64,000 nucleotides of DNA from the human T2T-CHM13v2.0 reference genome, Homo sapiens, in assembly GCF_009914755.1 (NCBI RefSeq), contig NC_060936.1; one strand, written 5' to 3'. Below the pieces are notes generated by a model. That model worked only from the letters and a program-made list of their open reading frames with translations. It was not told where the DNA came from and ran no database searches. Every line of letters starts with the position of its first letter. Position 1 is the stretch's first letter. The position numbers and the translations under genes were made by a program. Positions 1-53,356 of this stretch are shown piece by piece.

Positions 1-392
1 CATCACTCACAGTCTTACTTCTTTGCAGTTATCAGCCCAGCACCAGTACTGCAAAAGCACAGTACTGATTCCATAAGCCACAAGGGAAATGTCTCCTACC
101 TCCCATTTGACTGGCTGCTTGTGATCACAGAAGTCAAACACACTGAAGGAGGGTCTTCTACTTAGGTACACTACCCACATACCTGGATCCTGGGATAGGC
201 ATCCAGGATTGCAGATTCCAGGTGAACCCAAGGCCAAGCCCTCTGGAAGCCCCTGCAGTGTTAACCACAGCCTCCTCCAGAGCTGCATTCAGCAGGACAC
301 CAGAGCAGGGCTTCATACACACATAAACCTTGGGTCTGTTATTGTTGTTTGGTGTTTTGTCTATTATAAAATATAAATGGATATTCTAAATT

Positions 393-738
393 TGTTTTAG
401 TCTATTTGGGCTACAGTAACAAATTACCATAAACTGGGTAGCTTATAAATAACAAAAATTTATTTCTCACCATTCTAGAGAATGGGAAGTCAAACATCAT
501 GGCAGATTTGATGTCTAGTGAGGGTTAATAATCTTCTTGCTATAACCTCCCATGGGAGAAGGGACAAGGTAGCTCTCTGGGGCTTCTTTTTTTTTTAAAT
601 AAGGTCACTAATTCCATTCATGAGCGCTCTGACCTCATGACTTAATCATCTCCCAAAGGTCCCACCTCCTACTACCATCACACTTGGGATTAGTTTTCAA
701 CTAATGTTTAGGGAGACACAGACATTAAGACCATAGCA
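393..738 (-). mobile_element. MaLR solo LTR (MLT1A/MST-like)
   Basis: TGTTTTAGTCTATTTGGGCT...CCATAGCA typical ends. Confidence 0.75.
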
Positions 739-1950
739 AAAAAATATAGTAGGTGAACAGCGTTTATTAAATAAAATTACCAAGAGGCCTTTTTTGCTTA
801 ATTCAAACTCTAATTGTAAGCATCAGCTAATGGAGGCTCCCAGATCCCTGAGGTGTTCCTACTTTAGGAGTGGTCATTTTCAGAGATGGAATGTAAGGAA
901 TTTTGTCTCCTTGCTGCTACTAGGTTAAAATTACTGCTATATAAAATTTAAAGATGTCACAAATCTTAAAAGCCTTATCGCTAGACAGGCTGCCATTAAG
1001 ACTAAATTGAAGTGAAGCTATTCATCCTCATGTTTGATGGGAAATAAGTTTTAAACTTACATAAGCTCAACAAAACAATCATGTTAAAAACTTTTCAACT
1101 AAGTCTTTTTGTTGCCCCAAATTATTATTTGACAAAGTAGAATTAAACTGATTGGGATAGCCTATATCATGTGTGGCTTCATTTTTCTTCTCTTTAAGTG
1201 ATTACAATGAAAAAGTCGTGAAGAGTATAATTCTCTCATGAATTAGATTTGACAGTCCTACATTAAATAACCACAGTAAGAGGAGAAACTCACTAATTCT
1301 AGCCTAATGTCATAATAATCTAGACTGATCACTCAATAAACAGCTGAGCATCTGCCATAGAGAAGGCCAATGTTAGCACTAATGACATCTAAGATGATGT
1401 CACGACCCTCCAGGAGCTTAAAATCTAGTTATGTGCACACATGAAAAATTAACAAATAAAAAACGAAGGGAAAATGTACCAGTCAACTCAAACTCTATCC
1501 CCCATGTCACCTTCCACAGTATACAGAACTGCCTACACCCCCAAGGTCAAGTCAAGGTGCTCATGACTATGCTATTAATACATGGCCTTCACCTATGCTG
1601 ATCCTGCCACCTGGACATCTCCTTCCCCCTGTGCACCTGGACCATCCTTCTCAAGTCTCATAGCAAATGCTGCCTCTTCCTTCCCTGTCCCACCCAGTCT
1701 GATTCAGAGCTGCCCTTTGTGCTCTTTCCAAACCTTTATTAGGGCACTCATGACACTGTGCTGTAATTGCAGATTTATTTGACTCCCCAGCTACCCTGTG
1801 TGTTACTGAAGGACAGAAGTTATGTCTGTTTTCTGATGCTTAATCCCCTACTGGGTACATTATAGACACTTAAGAAATGTTTGAATGAATGAATGCCCAG
1901 AAGTCCTGTGGATTTTCCCACCTACATATATTTTTAAAATCCATCTTGAC

Positions 1951-2313
<363 letters not shown>

Positions 2314-4037
2314 CTACTTGGTACAGTACTCTTACTGCTCCACCACCTGTTAATCAGATGTCTATGGGCAAACTATATAACCTATATATGCCTCAGTTTC
2401 CTTATCTCTAAAATGAAATCCTTGAGTGATTCTTGATCACTTTCAGAAAATTGGCCTTTTTGTCACAGCAAAGGCCTTTCATAATCTGGCTCCTACTTCT
2501 TCACCATCTCCCCACAGCCAAGCCCCAAGTACCTCCACTGCCTGCAAATCCCTAAATGTTTCCTGTTTTCATACTCCTCTGTTCCAAGCTGTTCTACCTA
2601 AACCATGCTTTCCCTGCATCTGCCTGGATTATTCTTTCTAATCCTTCATGCCTGAGACTAGATGGCTCCTCTGCAGAGATGCCTTTCTCAATCCTACCAG
2701 TTGAGCTTTGAGTCCTGCCTCTTAGACTTCTATCATTATATTTGCCACCCTTTATTATAGTTCATGTTTCTTGTCCAATTCCCCTAATAGACTGAGATAC
2801 TTCAGGGTAGAGGCTGTGGCTTAGCATAGCAGCTGGCACATAATATGTGTTGCTGAATTAAGAATTAAATCCACAAATCAGAAAGCCCTTGGTCAAACAA
2901 GTTGTCCCAACATTTAACTCAGAAGATGGCCATCACAAGAAGTCTCGTGAGCAGTGAGGTGTCCTGCAGGCTGTGTGCACAGGTGACATAATGAGAGCAA
3001 TGCTAAAGGAAGATTTAGCTGGCAGAGGCACACAGGTGGATTATACAGGAATACAGCCAGAGAGACTCAGTAGGGGTTACTGCCATCTTCAGGACATGAG
3101 GTGACACATGGCAGACACTGCAAGGGGAAAGCCCACTGGACTTCATGAGTTAGTGACTGGATGCAGGCAAAAAGAAGTAGCGGTCAAAAATATTGCTAAG
3201 GTTGAAATTTCTGTCTGAACCAACAATGGCCACATTAAAAGAGGGGCAGTCAGGAGAGACGGCTAGAATGGGGCTGCTGGATTGCAAGGGCAATGAGCTG
3301 CTATTTACAATGTTGGGTTCTGGTCAGTAATAGCACACCAAGGAATAACAGTTAGTACAGAACCAGGGAAAAAGACTAGCACTTGGGAAAAAGGACAGCA
3401 ATTAAGAAACAAATGTGGGAGTTGTTAGTAGAGGTTCTGAGTAGTCAAGCTGTCAGGGGAGAGGAGAGGGCCAAGGACTAGACTAGACACACAAAGATGA
3501 AAAGGAAACAGAGACAGAGCTATGAGGAGGAGGCAAGGAACCAACAGGGTGAAATGTCACCAAGGCCAAGATAGCCAACCAGGTCAAATGCTACAGGGGG
3601 TCAAGGACAGTAAGAACTAAGGGGAAAATGACTAATTTTACCATCACAGAACTACTGGGGATAGCCAGAAGAGAGAGAGGACATGGACAGGGTCAAAGGA
3701 CCATTCCTCTAAGCAGGGAAATCCAGACTTGCTTGTAGTCAGGGGAGGAGCCTCAGAAAATAGAGGACATCAGGATACAAGATAATAGAAAAGATAGAAG
3801 GGCATGGGCTCAAGGCCCACACTCTAAAATAACCTCTTCAGTGCTAGCTCTTGTAATTCATACCTAAAATGAAAAATCGATACCAGACAGATCAAGCCCT
3901 AAAAAGGCATAAGCCTTCAGTTGTTCACAAATTTGATAGTTGAGATGTATAGACTGTGCATCCAAAACCTCTGGTGTTGCAAAAGAAGAGATGCTTGCTA
4001 AATACTCATAGGCCTCAGGGTTATGGACTGAGAAAAC

Positions 4038-4740
4038 AGCTGATTTACCCTGAAGTTAACAAAGGCTTAAGCCCCAGGAACTCTCACTTGTACAGGCCAC
4101 TTCCACCCTGAGAGGGGCTATAGGGAAGTGTTTACATGACTATGTTTTTGCAAACTACATTTTCAAACTAAATTTCAAAACTAATATATTTTAACCACAA
4201 TCAATCTAGACTGCTGTCCCTTTCTACTCTAACTTCCCTGCACCTAGTGTTTTGAGATCTAGACTATGAAGTAGCTGAGTGTTACAGAATATATTTACAT
4301 GGTCTGCAGTCATTTTTGTACCAGGTTGAATTACTGCTCGCCATCTCAGTATAGGAAGATTTTAGCGATACTCCTACTACTGTCCATGCCATCAACTTTT
4401 CCAGTTTTAGGCCAGAAGTTGAACCATGATATAAATGCATTAGACAGTAACCAGCCCCAGAAGTGCATGTGCAGTGGTGGACAAGATTTGTAATGTATGG
4501 ATCCCAAAGCTAATCTGTGGAGATACTTCTCAGTCTTCAGACATGTATTGTAACAGGATGCTTCATGGATGCCTGGTCAAAATGGGAGTTCTGCCTTACC
4601 AGAAATATATACTCATATAAACCCCAGAATCATATGGCTCAAATACAAAAGAAACACGGTAGAGATTTTCTCAAACTTGGCAACAATCCTAAAAACTTAC
4701 ATGACAGAACCAATAATTAGCTATGAAGACAAAGCTTTTA
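4038..4740 (+). mobile_element. hAT-Tip100 (Arthur1-like) remnant
   Basis: GATTTACCCTGAAGTTAAC..GCTTAAGC..CTCACTTGTACAGGCC resembles the Arthur1 5' end. Confidence 0.5.
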
Positions 4741-6588
4741 AATTATCAATAACAAAAAACTTAATTCCATCACGTGCTTTTTGCCAACGTCACCCTCTCT
4801 GTGCCCACTCTCCCTAGTCTGCTTTATGTGCTCCTTTTCCAATCTGTTAAATGTGGTTGTTAGTTCTGTTCCACTTACCCAGTCACCCTTTTCTCCTGAT
4901 TCTATACTTCCAACTAATCTCATCTAATCCTGAGACTTCACCTAAATGCTTTTTAATGTCCAAACCCAAATCACCATCCCTAATCTATTTCAATGACCAA
5001 AGGGATCACAAATCCAACAGATCCCAAACTGGACCTTTCTCTCAGCCACTCAACCAAACCTTCCAGTTCCACATATGGTGTCACCCGCTGTGGTTTATAT
5101 TTTAGTGAATGAAAGCACTGCCCTAGGGGAAAAAAATCTGGGCATGACCATTAATGCTTCCTTCTGCTTCTCAACTTGCTTCCCAGCCCACACAGGATCA
5201 CCAAATTGTACAAGTTAGGAAGCATTCACATTATGTTCCAGGGATGCCATTCACGCAGACCACAATGTAAAGGGTGCTCCTTGGAGTTAAGCCCTGAATG
5301 TGGGGGCCCTGAATCTACTGCCAAATCTTGCCCATTCTACTTCCCAAATATTTCTCCATTCTGGTCACTTCTCTCCATCCTCACGGCTAGTACTCTTGTT
5401 CAGGATACCATAATCTCTTGCCTTAGGTACCCCAAGTCCTCTGACAAGTTCCCCTGTCTCTAATGTCCCCAGGCAACTGTTCTTCCCATAGTAGCCAAAG
5501 TAAATTTTATAAAATACAAATTTCAGAATCACCCTCCTATATAAACTATCACTAGTTCCACAGTACCCTCAGGATGAAGTTCAAATGTCCTCTAGAATCT
5601 CAACCCTTCTGTCTTCACCAGCCTCATTTCTTACCACAATCCAGTTCCCACTCTGTGCTAAAAATTAAACTTAAGTTTTCTCAAACTTGTCTTGTCTTTT
5701 GCATCTGCTATTCCTGGTATTTCCCATGATCCCTTAGTATTACCTGTTTAGCATTTATTACGCTGTACCTCTTTATTTGTAGCCCCACCATCCCATTCCA
5801 CCTCCCACTTCGTTGTAAGTTTTGTGAGGAAAGAATCCATGTTTACTTTGTTCATTTTTGTATTTTCAGTGCCTAGCAGTGCCTGGCATTATATGTAGAT
5901 TCAACAAATATTTGTTAAATTAATTAAATGAATGAATCAAACAAGTTTCATTAACATTAAATTTTTAATGTTTCTTTAAACATAACTCTGATAAAGGTCA
6001 AACATTAAGAAAGCATTGTAAAAAGGTAAAATGAGCCTTGGTACTGTGTTCAGAAATGCCTCCTGTTAACAGAGATAATGGATTTAGAGGTTGGAAGTAA
6101 AATTTTTTTCAAATGCGTTAGCACAAATTGTTAAAATGGTGAGGACTTGGATATGCCCCATCAATTTATTAAATTGAGTGTAACTAAAACCAGAGTCGGA
6201 GGCAGCCAATAAATGACGGGCATGGTGCTTCTGCCAACAATTCAAGAATAATTATGATGTAAATGTTGCTATCAAGTCAAAAGATACAATTAACAGTAAA
6301 TAACTACATTTCCAGAAAGAAACCACTTGGGAAAATACTGCTTTTATACCTTTAAGGCAATAATATTACTATTATTAATAAAAATGACTGAGCACTATGT
6401 GACAGGCATTAATGTGCTAATACTTATAAGTATTAGCCTTTCTAAAAATCTTTGAGGTAGGCATTTACTAATATTCTATTTTATATGAGAGGAAACGGAA
6501 GCTTAGAGGTGCTAAGCAGTATGTCCAAATTCACAAGCTAGTTGAGTGCAATAGGTTGTATACGCAGGTTATTTGACCCAAAAATGAC

Positions 6589-6594
6589 TTTATT
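6589..6594 (-). terminator. Candidate distal RPAP3 poly(A) signal
   Basis: AATAAA on the minus strand (another at 6651-6656). Confidence 0.45.
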
Positions 6595-7210
6595 AACCAC
6601 TATGCTATTTTGCAATAAGGCAACAATATGACAGCCCCTAAAGACTGTTCTTTATTCTAATCACTTTTAGGAAATGTTGGTAATTGTAATAATAATAGTA
6701 ACAACAGTAGCTTACTATACATCCAGCCCTGCTCCAAAAACAAAATGTGTGCATTCATTCAATCTCACTTATACCCATTCTACAGATTTCAAAAACAAAG
6801 AATAGAAAAGTAACTTGTCCAAGGCCCTAAAGCCAGATGGAGCCAGAATTCAAACTCAAGAAGTCTGAATCCAGAGCCTCTGGTCTTAAATCACTACATG
6901 AAAATGTCTCTGGGGAGAAATCAGGCTAACATCAGAAATTTTTTAAAATTCAAATTCTATAGTAAATCTTGTGATCTGTACTTCTTCAGTTAACAGTCTC
7001 TACACAGGTAACACAACATAAAAACTGCAGCTGGAAGTAGTTCAAATAGCTCTACATTAAGAGAAGACAGCACGTTCTGAACTGTTTTGGCCAATTTTTA
7101 GCTCTATAATCATGCAGAGAACATTAACCCTCTGAGCCTCCTTTTCTTATGTTAAGAATGACAATAACATTACCTGCCCTGACTACCTTGTAAGTTTCTT
7201 CAAAGGATCA

Positions 7211-7564
7211 TACCGTAGTCCATTCGGGTTGCTATAATAAAATATCAAACTGGGTAGCTTACATTAATAAAAACAGAAATTTATTTCTTACAGTTCTGGA
7301 GGATGGGGAGTCCAAGATGAAGATGCCAGTAGATTCTGGTCTCTGGTGTCTGGTGAAGGCCCACCTTCTTGTTCGTAGATGGTGCCTTCTTATGTGTCCT
7401 TACATGGTGTAATTGGTGAACAAGCTCTCTGGGGCCTCTTTTACAAGGGCCTGCCCTCTTGACCCAATCACTTCCCAAAGGCCCCACCTCCGAAGACCAT
7501 CGCCTTCAGGGTTAGGATTTCAACATATGAATTTGTGGGGGATATAAACATTCAGATCATAGCA
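7211..7564 (-). mobile_element. MaLR solo LTR (MLT1A-like) in the RPAP3 3'UTR region
   Basis: TAGTCCATTCGGGTTGCTATAA...CATTCAGATCATAGCA; near-TSD GATCA/GATAA. Confidence 0.8.
7280..7285 (-). terminator. Candidate RPAP3 poly(A) signal inside MaLR LTR
   Basis: AATAAA on the minus strand at the LTR's own PAS position. Confidence 0.55.
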
Positions 7565-8629
7565 GATAAAAAGCTAAATTCAATTGCCTGTTTATATATC
7601 ATAATACATTTAGCAATAAACAAAGTTAATAAACTCTATCAAGTGTATTTTAAAGCATTCAAACTATCCAAATTACAAACATATCTCAATAATTTATACC
7701 ACAACCTGAAGAAATTATCTTTGTAAATAAATTATGATTACTTCTCAAACAATTCATAAGAATAGTAATATGTATAATGGCAATAAAAATTAACCACAAT
7801 ATCGTATAAAATTGTAAACTGAACTGTCTTATTGATGCTGATAACAATTAAAGGATGGTGTCCTAATATTTTTTAACAACTTGATAGTCTCTAAAATTAA
7901 CTGGTTTTACCAGTGCTTACACCATGCCCAAAAATTTGCTAGGCTGCTACTTTAAACATTTACTTAATATGATTCTTGCGTCAAATTCAATTAAATTTTA
8001 TAAGTATCAGTTGAGCACCTAACTATGTGCAAACGTCTGTGCTAGGTACTATGCAGAGTACAGGGATGAGCAGAGTTCTAGCCCTACTTTCAAAAGTTTA
8101 CAAACGCTACACTCACATCCAACAAATACATATGGGCTATATGCTAATTAGTACTTTAAACATTACTAATTTTTACATTTTTACACCTTGCATTAGATTA
8201 TCTGTCCTTAACTGGTATGTAACATGGATATCTTAAGGGAAAAAACCCTATGGCATTAAAATGTAAGAATACTGTGATACTTCAATTAACCTAGTTTGAA
8301 AGTCTAGTTAAAAGTCTTCTTTCTTTCAACATAAATACTAAAAATACATACATACCCTGCAACTAAATAACTTCATGTTAGTGAATTGGCACAATAACAT
8401 TTAAAAGTTTTATAAAGAAAGGATCTCACTATCTATTTAACTTCCTCTTTACAAAGGTAATTATTCATATGCTAATGAAGCAGCTTTGGCAAGTGGTTAC
8501 AAAAACTCATGAAAATATAAAAATAATGTTACATTTATGGGTCACTGAAGAATGTATCTAAATTTAACATTTAAAATGACTCATAAAATAAAATGCTGAT
8601 CCTTACAAATGTATCTCATTGTTTATATT

Positions 8630-8635
8630 TTTATT
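8630..8635 (-). terminator. Candidate proximal RPAP3 poly(A) signal
   Basis: AATAAA on the minus strand ~200 nt after the stop. Confidence 0.5.
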
Positions 8636-8827
8636 TTCAGAAAAACAGAGTTCACTTGAATACAATTCTCACTAGTTAAATCACAATTCACCTTATAGTT
8701 AATTAACTTATGTTCAAAGATAGTCCTTTCCTGCTATATAATTTCATTTTCTTAAAAAGCAAAACACTTTCAGTAGAAAAAATTTACATATGAAAGTCAA
8801 AAACAATTATTTCAGCAAAAATGGAAA

Positions 8828-48165
<39,338 letters not shown>

Positions 48166-48639
48166 TATGGTCTGCAGAGTTTTGAACAACCAACCTCTGA
48201 TAAGAATAGGCCTATTTGGTTTATTTTTCTGAAAGCTAGCTAATTATCTTTTACCACTTCATAAGTGGCCAAGATACATGGACAGAAGACAGCCAACTGA
48301 TGCTGAATAAAGAAAAATCAATATAATATTTTAAAAATAAATCAGTTGCTGAATAAACAAATGAAAAATAGACAAGTTGAAGCATCCTTGAAAGGCAACA
48401 TTAAAGAAAGGTAATGGGGAGAAAAATCACTGAAATTATCAGGTAGCCTGTGGTAGCAGACAGGCTGCTCATCTCTGGAGTTGAGCGATTACCTCCTTTA
48501 TTTCTTTTTCTTCCAACATTTAACTTCTACTATGTGAAAGGCCCTGAATCAAGATTTAGGGATGCAAAAACAAGACAAGGTCCCTTGTGCAGTGGAGAAG
48601 AAAAAAATATATAAAGCACTAGTAACAAAATATGTTAAG

Positions 48640-48855
48640 CAGGGTTTCTCAACCTTGGGACTACTGACATTTTGGGCCAAAAAATTTATTTTAAGAGTGC
48701 TGTCCTGTGCATTGTAGGAGGGTTGGCAACATTTCTGTCCTCTACCAACTAGGTGCCAGGATTATCCCTTCCTCTCATGGATTGTGACAACGAAGAATCC
48801 CAGACACTGCCAAATGTTCCCTGAGAGGTAAAATAACCCCTGGTTGAGAACCCTG
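48640..48855 (-). mobile_element. MER20 hAT MITE
   Basis: CAGGGTTTCTCAACC ... GGTTGAGAACCCTG TIRs. Confidence 0.8.
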
Positions 48856-49679
48856 TGTCAGAGGTACATACAGATGCTATGGAACTGACTGCAAAAAATA
48901 GGCATGGATCAGATAGTAGGGTGGTGGTGTCACGGAAGGAGTCCCCAGAGGTGTTGGAACTTTAGCTGGATTTCAAAGGGGCCCGCCAAGTGACTAACAG
49001 GGAGGAGTGGGCAGGCAGAGTGAGGAATTATGAGGGAGAATGAAGGAAAAGAAAATTAAAGAGGTGGACATGGGACAGACTTGAAATGGCAGGCCATGAG
49101 GTCTAACCTATATTCTGAAAGTTATGTGAAAATATCAAGGTAGTAAAATAAAAAGAACTTGATGACTGACTAGACTGAGGTGTTGGAGAACAGAGAAAGA
49201 CTCAAACAGTGGCCTAGATTTCTGGCTTGGGACCCCGGTAAGATTACTGATGCCATTTTGAGTCAAGAAATACAATGTTAAAAGGAAAAGAGGCATCAAA
49301 GTTGGAGGGCAAACGGAAAGTCAGATTATTTGTTTGGGATATGCTGAATTTGAGTGCTAATGGGGCGAAGAGATACCCCATAGGTAGCTATGTAGGAATA
49401 GAGATAAATTCCGGTGTCACTAGCAGAAAGGTAGAAGCTAGAATCAAGGATGTGGCCATGTTTAACCATTGTGACAACTGGGGAATGGGGTGAACCTGGA
49501 GAACACTAAACGGAGAAAGAGATGCCAAGGAAGAAAAAAGTAGGCAGTAGCACCTAGACAGTTGGGAGAAAAACCTAGAGTGTACTGTTACAGATGACAA
49601 AAAATGAGTTGAAGAAAGTGAGAGGTTAGCAGTGCCAAATGCCACAGAGGGAAAGAAAGTGCATTATATTTAGTCATAA

Positions 49680-50002
<323 letters not shown>

Positions 50003-50043
50003 TCTATTTAGAGTTTCAATAAGATTTTTTTTAAAGGGTGGAA

Positions 50044-50317
50044 GGCCAACCGCAGGTGGCTCATGCCTGTAATCCCGGCACTTTGGGAGGCAGAGGTTGG
50101 GGGGCAGGGGGAATAGCTTGGGCTCAGGAGTTCCTAGATCAGCCTGGGCAACACTTCGAGATCCCCATCTCTACTAAAAACACAAAAATTAGCCAGGCGT
50201 GGTGGAGGGTGCCTATAGTTCCAGCTACTCAGGAGGCTGAGGTGGGAGGATCGGGAGATCGAGGCCACAGTGGGCGGTGACGGGCCCACTACACTCCAGC
50301 CTGGGACCAAAAAAAAA
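50044..50317 (+). mobile_element. AluJ-like, internally deleted
   Basis: Diverged Alu, GAGGTGGGAGGATCG. Confidence 0.88.
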
Positions 50318-50799
50318 GGAGGGGGGGGAATGAAATGAGTTACGTAAATGAGATTATATGGAGATTACAGTACATTTGCCTTTGATAATATAAGACTTGT
50401 TCTTGAGCATAGTCTGGGGAAAAAGCAACAAAGTAAAAGATACAGGAAAAAGGATGAGTGATGGGGCAAAATCTCCAAAAAGGTAGGAGAAGAGTCAAAG
50501 CTTTAGGCGGAGGGAAGAGAAGTAAGGTGGGAGGGAGAGAGACGGAATTAGAAAAACATTTGTTTAGGACAGTGAAAAATACCTCACTAAGAAGGGACAG
50601 TTGCAGATGCAGATAGGTCTTCTGACTCGTAGCCTCAACAACTAAATTAGGTTTAAGCTTCTTTCAGGCAGTGTCCATGTTTGACCATATATGCACAACT
50701 CATTCAAAAACAAAACTAGTACAACGCTTTGTTGGGAACTCAAATAAATGAATAAAAGCGCAACAAGTCAGTGAGATGCTGACGGGGGTTAGATGCTTT

Positions 50800-51450
50800 T
50801 CCATTTCACCCATCACCGCTGCTGCTCGAGCAGGCCCAAAAACTCTCCCAGGGACCCTGCGATGGGGCGGGGGTGCGAGCCAGCAATCAAAAACTTCCAG
50901 CGCTGGGGGTATCACTTTCACACCCGCTGTCCCGGCGAACACCGCACACCCACGCCGCAAGGGGGCGGGCCCCACCTCGGTCTTTGCGGGAGGGCGGCTC
51001 TGCCTTCCCGAGCACTGCAAAATCGCAGCAGGGTGGAGGGTCCGCCTGCAAAGCAGAGCGCGCAGGCCCGGGTTGCGGGGGCGAGCCCCTCCGGGAACGC
51101 GCGACCCGAGACGCCGCTGCCCTGGACACCGACGCGCCGCCTCAACGCGCGCCTCCACCGCCAGCCCCGGCCCGCCCCGCCTCACCGGTACCCATAACCG
51201 CTACCCCTCCTCCCACCGGCCACCCCAAGGATCTCCTACGCTGCTCCGGGCAGCGAGAACCGCAACGCCCGCTCACCTGACCAGGCCGTAACCCGCCGCA
51301 CTGCCACCCCGTCAGCCCCGCAGCGACTCACGCCGAGCCCGGCAGTGACTCACGCAAAGCCCCGCCTCCTGCGCTTCCCCACAAGCCCCCGCGGCCTCGC
51401 CCCGCCCCCTTTAGCCTGGGCTTGAGCGCGCGCAGAAGTCAGCTTCGTGA
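50800..51450. promoter_or_regulatory. CpG island / RPAP3 promoter, likely bidirectional
   Basis: High GC and CpG density, multiple GGGCGG boxes, TGACTCA at 51346-51352, no TATA box. Confidence 0.9.
51277..51350 (-). other. RPAP3: RPAP3 non-coding exon 1 (5' end approximate)
   Basis: TCAG|GTGAGC donor at 51277/51276 inside the CpG island; TSS not determinable exactly. Confidence 0.7.
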
Positions 51451-51491
51451 CTTCCTTCTCAGGATGGAACCAGCTTGGTGGCTTGAGGGTA

Positions 51492-51900
51492 TGTAAAAGC
51501 AATATCTGAGCCTTCTGCCTGCTTCCAATATGACTAAGCTTAAAAGGAGATAACCCAAAAACTGCAGGATCATCCTGATTTTCTGATCTCCAAAACAATA
51601 AAACCTTGAATATTTCCCTGGACTCCCTTAAACAGTTTAATCCCTAATATTTACCTTGCTAATCTCTGACCTTTGTGACATTAATTTGTCTGACCTTTGT
51701 GAGTATAATAACCATGTGAGAAAGTTACTGTTTTTCCACCATGAACAGACTACTGTCAACCGGTAATCCTGGTAATTTTAGGGGATTTTTTTTTCCCTTT
51801 AAGTACTGGTTGGCAAACTAGTCCTTCCGTCTAACTCCTCGCATCTTTTGCAAGTAAACCCCTTTTCTAAGTGAATCTATCTCTGAGTCTTTCTTTGACA
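51492..51900 (+). mobile_element. Possible old LTR immediately upstream of the RPAP3 promoter
   Basis: TG...CA boundaries and U5-like end AGTAAACCCCTTTTCT...TTTGACA; family not recognised. Confidence 0.3.
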
Positions 51901-52193
51901 TGTGCCAGTGTTACAATCTGTCTTTAGATATGCTCTGGCTTACAGAGAAAAAAGAACGAAACTTTTAACACTTTTTGCTTCTACTTCCCGTGTGAGGGAG
52001 TCTTCGTTGCAATGACAACTCTTAAACGAAAGCAAAACAAAAATAATTGCAGAAGTCCACAGAAGCAAACACAAACAAATGAAACTTTCCATTTAAAACA
52101 GGACTGTAACCTCAAATATCCTCAAAATCCAGATCGGTGGTTCTCAGTCTTGACTGAGCTTTGGAATCACTTAGGGAGTATATACATATACAC

Positions 52194-52211
52194 GTGTGTG
52201 TGTGTGTGTTT

Positions 52212-52253
<42 letters not shown>
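52194..52253. repeat. (TG)n microsatellite inside a MER5-like remnant
   Basis: Direct reading. Confidence 0.95.
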
Positions 52254-52256
<3 letters not shown>

Positions 52257-53356
52257 CTGATTTCTGTGTCCTATCCCAGAGATTCTGATGTAACTAGTCT
52301 TGAGTGAAGCCAATCAGAATTTTTTAAAGCATAGGATACGGCTGTGCATTTGAAGCTGGAAGCCACTAACCCAGGCGCTGATCAATGAAGAACTAGGCTG
52401 GAGTGCTGTCTTACAAGGTCATATCATTAGCACATCCTTCCCATTGCTTAATTATTGGTATCTTTATATTTTAAAATCATAGTAGTCAAATCATTAAGTG
52501 TACGTCAAAATATTTACTAATGAAATGATTCTTTGGTTGTATTAGGGAGATAGAGAACTGACTTTTAATAATTTTTTTATTAAGTATTTAAAAGCAAATA
52601 TTGATTTACTGGTGTTTTTAACAAAAGCAACCACATTTGTTTTATTAATTCTGACAGAGTTGATTGAGAAGAGAGATAAGGGGGCTAGCTGGCTGCTCTA
52701 GTAAAACCTCATAGACCCTTAGGTGACCCTGCTTTTCTCTCTCTCTTTTTCTCTCTCAAACCATATAATAATCAGAAGTAGCTTAGTGAATATAGAGTCA
52801 AAGTGAGAAAAGTTAATCAAATGGTTTTGATGGTCATCATCACCTAATTCTGAGGCTCCTGCTGTCCCACAAAACCTGTGCCTGCAATGGCAGCCTTCTC
52901 TCCTGTGAGCTCAGACCTAGGCCACCTTAAGTTCTTTCCTAGATTCCTTGCAGACCTCCCCACTTCTATTGGCAGTTATCTTTAAATGGATTTCAACAAA
53001 ATGTGTAAATAATGCCTTTCTTTTAAGTCTCTTTTATTCATTTACTCCAGTCATCTCAATTGAACTTATCATTAATACCTGAAGAGTTATTTTCAAAGAG
53101 ACAAACCTCTTTATGTGTTTTATGTGTTGCAGTTGTAATGGTCAGTGGAAATAAACAGGAGTGTTTATTATTGCAACAATAAAATGCTGCAATTAATGAT
53201 TGTAAATGCTATTAATTTTAATATCCAAAACAATTATTGGGCTCTTTCAAATAGTTAAAGAGTCTGACAGTTAATGTAAATCTTAAGAAAGGAAGTATTA
53301 GCTAAGTAACTTTAGGAAGAAAATGAACCTTGGGACTTCCTGTTATGGAGATACTA

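Noticed and set aside
50700-51598. Overlapping 75-171 aa ORFs in the CpG island
   Set aside because: Low-complexity Arg/Pro/Gly/Ala translations on both strands, expected from stop-poor GC-rich DNA.
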